Below, piece after piece: positions 55,577 through 64,000 of a stretch of 64,000 nucleotides of DNA. A program made the translations under genes and the position numbers. A model generated the notes under the pieces. The model saw only the letters and a list, made by a program, of their open reading frames with translations. It did not search any database and was not told the DNA's origin. Source of the DNA: Auanema rhodensis (taxonomy: Eukaryota > Animalia > Nematoda); the NCBI GenBank assembly GCA_964057225.1, contig OZ059899.1, positions 2,232,001-2,296,000 of the forward strand. The letters run 5' to 3'. How positions within the stretch are numbered: the stretch's first letter is position 1; each line of letters begins with the position of its first letter.

Positions 55577-58500
55577 AATGTTTTTGGAAGCAATGTTGAG
55601 TGTACATGGAAACTCAACATACACTAATGCATCATTTTTCAAACGATCATAACTAATTTTTGTATCAAACGTTTCTCAATGTAGTATAAAGCATTCGATG
55701 CGGATTTTTAAGCTGCGTCGATCTGTGTTATCAGATTTGCGCTAGCTTAAAAATGCACCGAGATATCAACTGATATAAGTTCACACTTATATCCTCGATT
55801 TTCACCCTGAACAATTAATTTTTTCGTTGAATAACATTGTCCATCGTCTTTGCCTTGAAAAAAGGAATCTAAAAACATCCACTTTTTGCTAAATTATTTT
55901 GAAATTTTTGGAAAAAATTTTTGTCAAAATGTTTTTGGAAGCAATGTTGAGTGTACATGGAAACTCAACATACACTAATGCATCATTTTTCAAACGATCA
56001 TAACTAATTTTTGTATTAAGCGTTTCTCAATGTAGTATAGTGCATTCGATGCGGATTTTTAAGCTGCGTCGATCTGTGTTATCAGATTTGCGCTAGCTTA
56101 AAAATGCACCGAGATATCAACTGATATAAGTTCACACTTATATCCTCGATTTTCACCCTGAAGAATTAATTTTTTCGTTGAATAGCATTGTCCATCGTCT
56201 TTGCCTTGAAAAAAGGAATCTAAAAACATCTACTTTTTGCTAAATTATTTTGAAATTTTTCGAAAAAATTTTTGTCAAAATGTTTTTGGAAGCAATGTTG
56301 AGTGTACATGGAAACTCAACATACACTAATGCATCATTTTTCAAACGATCATAACTAATTTTTGTATCAAGCGTTTCTCGATGTAGTATAGTGCATTCGA
56401 TGCGGATTTTTAAGCTGCGTCGATCTGTGTTATCAGATTTGCGCTAGCTTAAAAATGCACCGAGATATCAACTGATATAAGTTCACACTTATATCCTCGA
56501 TTTTCACCCTGAAGAATTAATTTTTTCGTTGAATAACATTATCCATCGTCTTTGCCTTGAAAAATGGAATCTAAAAACATCTACTTTTTGCTAAATTGTT
56601 TTGAAATTTTTCGAAAAAATTTTTGTCAAAATGTTTTTGGAAGCAATGTTGAGTGTACATGGAAACTCAACATACACTAATGCATCATTTTTCAAACGAT
56701 CATAACTAATTTTTGTATCAAGCGTTTCTCAATGTAGTATAGTGCATTCGATGCGGATTTTTAAGCTGCGTCGATCTGTGTTATCAGATTTGCGCTAACT
56801 TAAAAATGCACCGAGATATCAACTGATATAAGTTCACACTTATATCCTCGATTTTCACCCTGAAGAATTAATTTTTTCGTTGAATAACATTATCCATCGT
56901 CTTTGCCTTGAAAAATGGAATCTAAAAACATCTACTTTTTGCTAAATTATTTTGAAATTTTTCGAAAAAATTTTTGTCAAAATGTTTTTGGAAGCAATGT
57001 TGAGTGTACATGGAAACTCAACATACACTAATGCATCATTTTTCAAACGATCATAACTAATTTTTGTATCAAACGTTTCTCAATGTAGTATAGTGCATTC
57101 GATGCGGATTTTTAAGCTGCGTCGATCTGTGTTATCAGATTTGCGCTAGCTTAAAAATGCACCGAGATATCAACTGATATAAGTTCACACTTATATCCTC
57201 GATTTTCACCCTGAAGAATTAATTTTTTCGTTGAATAGCATTGTCCATCGTCTTTGCCTTGAAAAAAGGAATCTAAAAACATCTACTTTTTGCTAAATTA
57301 TTTTGAAATTTTTCGAAAAAATTTTTGTCAAAATGTTTTTGGAAGCAATGTTGAGTGTACATGGAAACTCAACATACACTAATGCATCATTTTTCAAACG
57401 ATCATAACTAATTTTTGTATCAAACGTTTCTCAATGTAGTATAGTGCATTCGATGCGGATTTTTAAGCTGCGTCGATCTGTGTTATCAGATTTGCGCTAG
57501 CTTAAAAATGCACCGAGATATCAACTGATATAAGTTCACACTTATATCCTCGATTTTCACCCTGAAGAATTAATTTTTTCGTTGAATAGCATTGTCCATC
57601 GTCTTTGCCTTGAAAAAAGGAATCTAAAAACATCTACTTTTTGCTAAATTATTTTGAAATTTTTCGAAAAAATTTTTGTCAAAATGTTTTTGGAAGCAAT
57701 GTTGAGTGTACATGGAAACTCAACATACACTAATGCATCATTTTTCAAACGATCATAACAAATTTTTGTATCAAGCGTTTCTCGATGTAGTATAGTGCAT
57801 TCGATGCGGATTTTTAAGCTGCGTCGATCTGTGTTATCAGATTTGCGCTAGCTTAAAAATGCACCGAGATATCAACTGATATAAGTTCACACTTATATCC
57901 TCGATTTTCACCCTGAAGAATTAATTTTTTCGTTGAATAACAATGTCCATCGTCTTTGCCTTGAAAAATGAAATCTAAAAACATCTACTTTTTGCTAAAT
58001 TATTTTGAAATTTTTCGAAAAAATTTTTGTCAAAATGTTTTTGGAAGCAATGTTGAGTGTACATGGAAACTCAACATACACTAATGCATCATTTTTCAAA
58101 CAATCATAACTATTTTGTGTATTAAGCGTTTCTTAATGTAGTATAGTGCATTCGATGCGGATTTTTAAGCTGCGTCGATCTGTGTTATCAGATTTGCGCT
58201 AGCTTAAAAATGCACCGAGATATCAACTGATATAAGTTCACACTTATATCCTCGAGTTTCACCCTGAAGAATTAATTTTTTCGTCGAATAACATTGTCCA
58301 TCGTCTTTGCCTTAAGAAAAGGAATCTGAAAACATCTACTTTTTGCTAAATTATTTTGAAATTTTTCGAAAAAATTTTTGTCAAAATGTTTTTGGAAGCA
58401 ATGTTGAGTGTACATGGAAACTCAACATACACTAATGCATCATTTTTCAAACAATCATAACTATTTTGTGTATTAAGCGTTTCTTAATGTAGTATAGTGC

Positions 58501-60369
58501 ATTCGATGCGGATTTTTAAGCTGCGTCGATCTGTGTTATCAGATTTGCGCTAGCTTAAAAATGCACCGAGATATCAACTGATATAAGTTCACACTTATAT
58601 CCTCGATTTTCACCCTGAAGAATTAATTTTTTCGTTGAATAACATTATCCATCGTCTTTGCCTTGAAAAATGGAATCTAAAAACATCTACTTTTTGCTAA
58701 ATTATTTTGAAATTTTTCGAAAAAATTTTTGTCAAAATGTTTTTGGAAGCAATGTTGAGTGTACATGGAAACTCAACATACACTAATGCATCATTTTTCA
58801 AACGATCATAACTAATTTTTGTATCAAACGTTTCTCAATGTAGTATAGTGCATTCGATGCGGATTTTTAAGCTGCGTCGATCTGTGTTATCAGATTTGCG
58901 CTAGCTTAAAAATGCACCGAGATATCAACTGATATAAGTTCACACTTATATCCTCGATTTTCACCCTGAACAATTAATTTTTTCGTTGAATAACATTGTC
59001 CATCGTCTTTGCCTTGAAAAAAGGAATCTAAAAACATCTACTTTTTGCTAAATTATTTTGAAATTTTCGGAAAAAATTTTTGTCAAAATGTTTTTGGAAG
59101 CAATGTTGAGTGTACATGGAAACTCAACATACACTAATGCATCATTTTTCAAACGATCATAACTAATTTTTGTATCAAGCGTTTCTCGATGTAGTATAGT
59201 GCATTCGATGCGGATTTTTAAGCTGCGTCGATCTGTGTTATCAGATTTGCGCTAGCTTAAATATGCACCGAGATATCAACTGATATAAGTTCACACTTAT
59301 ATCCTCGATTTTCACCCTGAAGAATTAATTTTTTCGTTGAATAACAATGTCCATCGTCTTTGCCTTGAAAAATGAAATCTAAAAACATCTACTTTTTGCT
59401 AAATTATTTTGAAATTTTTCGAAAAAATTTTTGTCAAAATGTTTTTGGAAGCAATGTTGAGTGTACATGGAAACTCAACATACACTAATGCATCATTTTT
59501 CAAACAATCATAACTATTTTGTGTATTAAGCGTTTCTTAATGTAGTATAGTGCATTCGATGCGGATTTTTAAGCTGCGTCGATCTGTGTTATCAGATTTG
59601 CGCTAGCTTAAAAATGCACCGAGATATCAACTGATATAAGTTCACACTTATATCCTCGATTTTCACCCTAAACAATTAATTTTTTCGTTGAATAACATTG
59701 TCTATCGTCTTTGCCTTGAAAAATGAAATCTAAAAACATCTACTTTTTGCTAAATTATTTTGAAATTTTTCGAAAAAATTTTTGTCAAAATGTTTTTGGA
59801 AGCAATGTTGAGTGTACATGGAAACTCAACATACACTAATGCATCATTTTTCAAACAATCATAACTATTTTGTGTATTAAGCGTTTCTTAATGTAGTATA
59901 GTGCATTCGATGCGGATTTTTAAGCTGCGTCGATCTGTGTTATCAGATTTGCGCTAGCTTAAAAATGCACCGAGATATCAACTGATATAAGTTCACACTT
60001 ATATCCTCGATTTTCACCCTGAAGAATTAATTTTTTCGTTGAATAACATTATCCATCGTCTTTGCCTTGAAAAATGGAATCTAAAAACATCTACTTTTTG
60101 CTAAATTATTTTGAAATTTTTCGAAAAAATTTTTGTCAAAATGTTTTTGGAAGCAATGTTGAGTGTACATGGAAACTCAACATACACTAATGCATCATTT
60201 TTCAAACGATCATAACAAATTTTTGTATCAAGCGTTTCTCGATGTAGTATAGTGCATTCGATGCGGATTTTTAAGCTGCGTCGATCTGTGTTATCAGATT
60301 TGCGCTAGCTTAAAAATGCACCGAGATATCAACTGATATAAGTTCACACTTATATCCTCGATTTTCACC

Positions 60370-63300
60370 CTGAACAATTAATTTTTTCGTTGAATAACAT
60401 TGTCTATCGTCTTTGCCTTGAAAAATGAAATCTAAAAACATCTACTTTTTGCTAAATTATTTTGAAATTTTTCGAAACAATTTTTGTCAAAATGTTTTTG
60501 GAAGCAATGTTGAGTGTACATGGAAACTCAACATACACTAATGCATCATTTTTCAAACAATCATAACTATTTTGTGTATTAAGCGTTTCTTAATGTAGTA
60601 TAGTGCATTCGATGCGGATTTTTAAGCTGCGTCGATCTGTGTTATCAGATTTGCGCTAGCTTAAAAATGCACCGAGATATCAACTGATATAAGTTCACAC
60701 TTATATCCTCGATTTTCACCCTGAAGAATTAATTTTTTCGTTGAATAACATTATCCATCGTCTTTGCCTTGAAAAATGGAATCTAAAAACATCTACTTTT
60801 TGCTAAATTATTTTGAAATTTTTCGAAAAAATTTTTGTCAAAATGTTTTTGGAAGCAATGTTGAGTGTACATGGAAACTCAACATACACTAATGCATCAT
60901 TTTTCAAACGATCATAACTAATTTTTGTATCAAGCGTTTCTCAATGTAGTATAGTGCATTCGATGCGGATTTTTAAGCTGCGTCGATCTGTGTTATCAGA
61001 TTTGCGCTAACTTAAAAATGCACCGAGATATCAACTGATATAAGTTCACACTTATATCCTCGATTTTCACCCTGAACAATTAATTTTTTCGTTGAATAAC
61101 ATTGTCCATCGTCTTTGCCTTGAAAAATGGAATCTAAAAACATCTACTTTTTGCTAAATTATTTTGAAATTTTTCGAAAAAATTTTTGTCAAAATGTTTT
61201 TGGAAGCAATGTTGAGTGTACATGGAAACTCAACATACACTAATGCATCATTTTTCAAACGATCATAACTAATTTTTGTATCAAGCGTTTCTCGATGTAG
61301 TATAGTGCATTCGATGCGGATTTTTAAGCTGCGTCGATCTGTGTTATCAGATTTGCGCTAGCTTAAAAATGCACCGAGATATCAAGTGATATAAGTTCAC
61401 ACTTATATCCTCGATTTTCACCCTGAAGAATTGATTTTTTCGTTGAATAACATTGTCTATCGTCTTTGCCTTGAAAAATGGAATCTAAAAACATCTACTT
61501 TTTGCTAAATTATTTTGAAATTTTTCGAAAAAATTTTTGTCAAAATGTTTTTGGAAGCAATGTTGAGTGTACATGGAAACTCAACATACACTAATGCATC
61601 ATTTTTCAAACGATCATAACTAATTTTTGTATTAAGCTTTTCTCAATGTAGTATAGTGCATTCGATGCGGATTTTTAAGCTGCGTCGATCTGTGTTATCA
61701 GATTTGCGCTAGCTTAAAAGTGCACCGAGATATCAACTGATATAAGTTCACACTTATATCCTCGATTTTCACCCTGAAGAATTAATTTTTTCGTTGAATA
61801 ACATTGTCTATCGTCTTTGCCTTGAAAAATGGAATTTAAAAACATCTACTTTTTGCTAAATTATTTTGAAATTTTTCGAAAAAATTTTTGTCAAAATGTT
61901 TTTGGAAGCAATGTTGAGTGTACATGGAAACTCAACATACACTAATGCATCATTTTTCAAACGATCATAACTAATTTTTGTATTAAGCTTTTCTCAATGT
62001 AGTATAGTGCATTCGATGCGGATTTTTAAGCTGCGTCGATCTGTGTTATCAGATTTGCGCTAGCTTAAAAGTGCACCGAGATATCAACTGATATAAGTTC
62101 ACACTTATATCCTCGATTTTCACCCTGAAGAATTAATTTTTTCGTTGAATAACATTCTCTATCGTCTTTGCCTTGAAAAATGGAATTTAAAAACATCTAC
62201 TTTTTGCTAAATTATTTTGAAATTTTTCGAAAAAATTTTTGTCAAAATGTTTTTGGAAGCAATGTTGAGTGTACATGGAAACTCAACATACACTAATGCA
62301 TCATTTTTCAAACGATCATAACTAACTTTTGTATTAAGCTTTTCTCAATGTAGTATAGTGCATTCGATGCGGATTTTTAAGCTGCGTCGATCTGTGTTAT
62401 CAGATTTGCGCTAGCTTAAAAATGCACCGAGATATCAACTGATATAAGTTCACACTTATATCCTCGATTTTCACCCTGAAGAATTGATTTTTTCGTTGAA
62501 TAACATTGTCTATCGTCTTTGCCTTGAAAAATGGAATCTAAAAACATCTACTTTTTGCTAAATTATTTTGAAATTTTTCGAAAAAATTTTTGTCAAAATG
62601 TTTTTGGAAGCAATGTTGAGTGTACATGGAAACTCAACATACACTAATGCATCATTTTTCAAACAATCATAACTAATTTGTGTATTAAGCGTTTCTTAAT
62701 GTAGTATAGTGCATTCGATGCGGATTTTTAAGCTGCGTCGATCTGTGTTATCAGATTTGCGCTAGCTTAAAAATGCACCGAGATATCAACTGATATAAGT
62801 TCACACTTATATCCTCGATTTTCACCCTGAAGAATTGATTTTTTCGTTGAATAACATTGTCTATCGTCTTTGCCTTGAAAAATGGAATCTAAAAACATCT
62901 ACTTTTTGCTAAATTATTTTGAAATTTTTCGAAAAAATTTTTGTCAAAATGTTTTTGGAAGCAATGTTGAGTGTACATGGAAACTCAACATACACTAATG
63001 CATCATTTTTCAAACGATCATAACTAATTTTTGTATTAAGCTTTTCTCAATGTAGTATAGTGCATTCGATGCGGATTTTTAAGCTGCGTCGATCTGTGTT
63101 ATCAGATTTGCGCTAGCTTAAAAGTGCACCGAGATATCAACTGATATAAGTTCTCACTTATATCCTCGATTTTCACCCTGAAGAATTGATTTTTTCGTTG
63201 AATAACATTGTCTATCGTCTTTGCCTTGAAAAATGGAATCTAAAAACATCTACTTTTTGCTAAATTATTTTGAAATTTTTCGAAAAAATTTTTGTCAAAA

Positions 63301-64000
63301 TGTTTTTGGAAGCAATGTTGAGTGTACATGGAAACTCAACATACACTAATGCATCATTTTTCAAACAATCATAACTAATTTGTGTATTAAGCGTTTCTTA
63401 ATGTAGTATAGTGCATTCGATGCGGATTTTTAAGCTGCGTCGATCTGTGTTATCAGATTTGCGCTAGCTTAAAAATGCACCGAGATATCAACTGATATAA
63501 GTTCACACTTATATCCTCGATTTTCACCCTGAAGAATTGATTTTTTCGTTGAATAACATTGTCTATCGTATTTGCCTTGAGAAATGGAATCTAAAAACAT
63601 CTACTTTTTGCTAAATTATTTTGAAATTTTTCGAAAAAATTTTTGTCAAAATGTTTTTGGAAGCAATGTTGAGTGTACATGGAAACTCAACATACACTAA
63701 TGCATCATTTTTCAAACAATCATAACTAATTTGTGTATTAAGCGTTTCTCAATGTAGTATAGTGCATTCGATGCGGATTTTTAAGCTGCGTCGATCTGTG
63801 TTATCAGATTTGCGCTAGCTTAAAAATGCACCGAGATATCAACTGATATAAGTTCACACTTATATCCTCGATTTTCACCCTGAAGAATTAATTTTTTCGT
63901 TGAATAACATTGTCTATCGTCTTTGCCTTGAAAAATGGAATCTAAAAACATCTACTTTTTGCTAAATTATTTTGAAATTTTTCGAAAAAATTTTTGTCAA
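60370..64000 (+). repeat. Second copy of the 51950-55576 block, running off the window end
   Basis: Same ordered rare variants at +8424 bp. The only private differences I noticed are at 52556 (copy 1) and 63154 (copy 2). Confidence 0.9.

Larger units (their letters stand above)
1..64000 (+). repeat. Tandem satellite array of a 351-bp AT-rich monomer, 182 full copies plus one truncated and one partial copy, extending past both window edges
   Basis: GGAATCTAAAAACATC recurs at 1, 352, 703 ... 3511 and 63937. The phase is exactly explained by a 351-bp period, 1-bp deletions near 4373, 25670, 31700 and 32752, and a 58-bp truncated unit at 30536. No inversion or non-monomer sequence was seen. Confidence 0.99.

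Noticed and set aside
1-64000. CRISPR array or gene-cassette (attC-like) array
   Set aside because: There are no unique spacers or cassettes; the full 351 bp is repeated, and no cas or integrase gene is present.
1-64000. Artefactual concatemer (rolling-circle or assembly collapse)
   Set aside because: Copies carry structured, hierarchically shared variant haplotypes rather than identical sequence or random errors, which fits a real evolving array. Individual block copy numbers still need read support.

Overview
The whole 64-kb window is one head-to-tail tandem array (satellite DNA) of a 351-bp monomer, about 33% GC by my count of copy 1. Tracking the GGAAT(C/T)TAAAAACAT phase marker gives 87 monomers at 1-30535, one 58-bp internally deleted monomer at 30536-30593, 95 monomers at 30594-63936 and a 64-bp partial copy at the end. 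All copies have the same orientation and differ only at a few recurrent sites. I found four 1-bp deletions and one 293-bp deletion, and no insertions of foreign sequence. I can support no genes, RNA genes, CRISPR array or intact mobile element. The three 63-aa ORFs are by-products of one monomer variant. The informative structure is (i) a monomer rich in dyad symmetries and phased A/T tracts, with a near-invariant hairpin core, and (ii) nested higher-order organisation: local 2-7-mer duplications inside larger blocks repeated at offsets of 24, 42-43 and about 54 monomers, plus a microhomology deletion junction and a probable short gene-conversion tract. By inference this is a recently homogenised eukaryotic satellite, possibly centromeric or pericentromeric. 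The organism and function cannot be established from the sequence, and I do not see a novel gene-encoded system.
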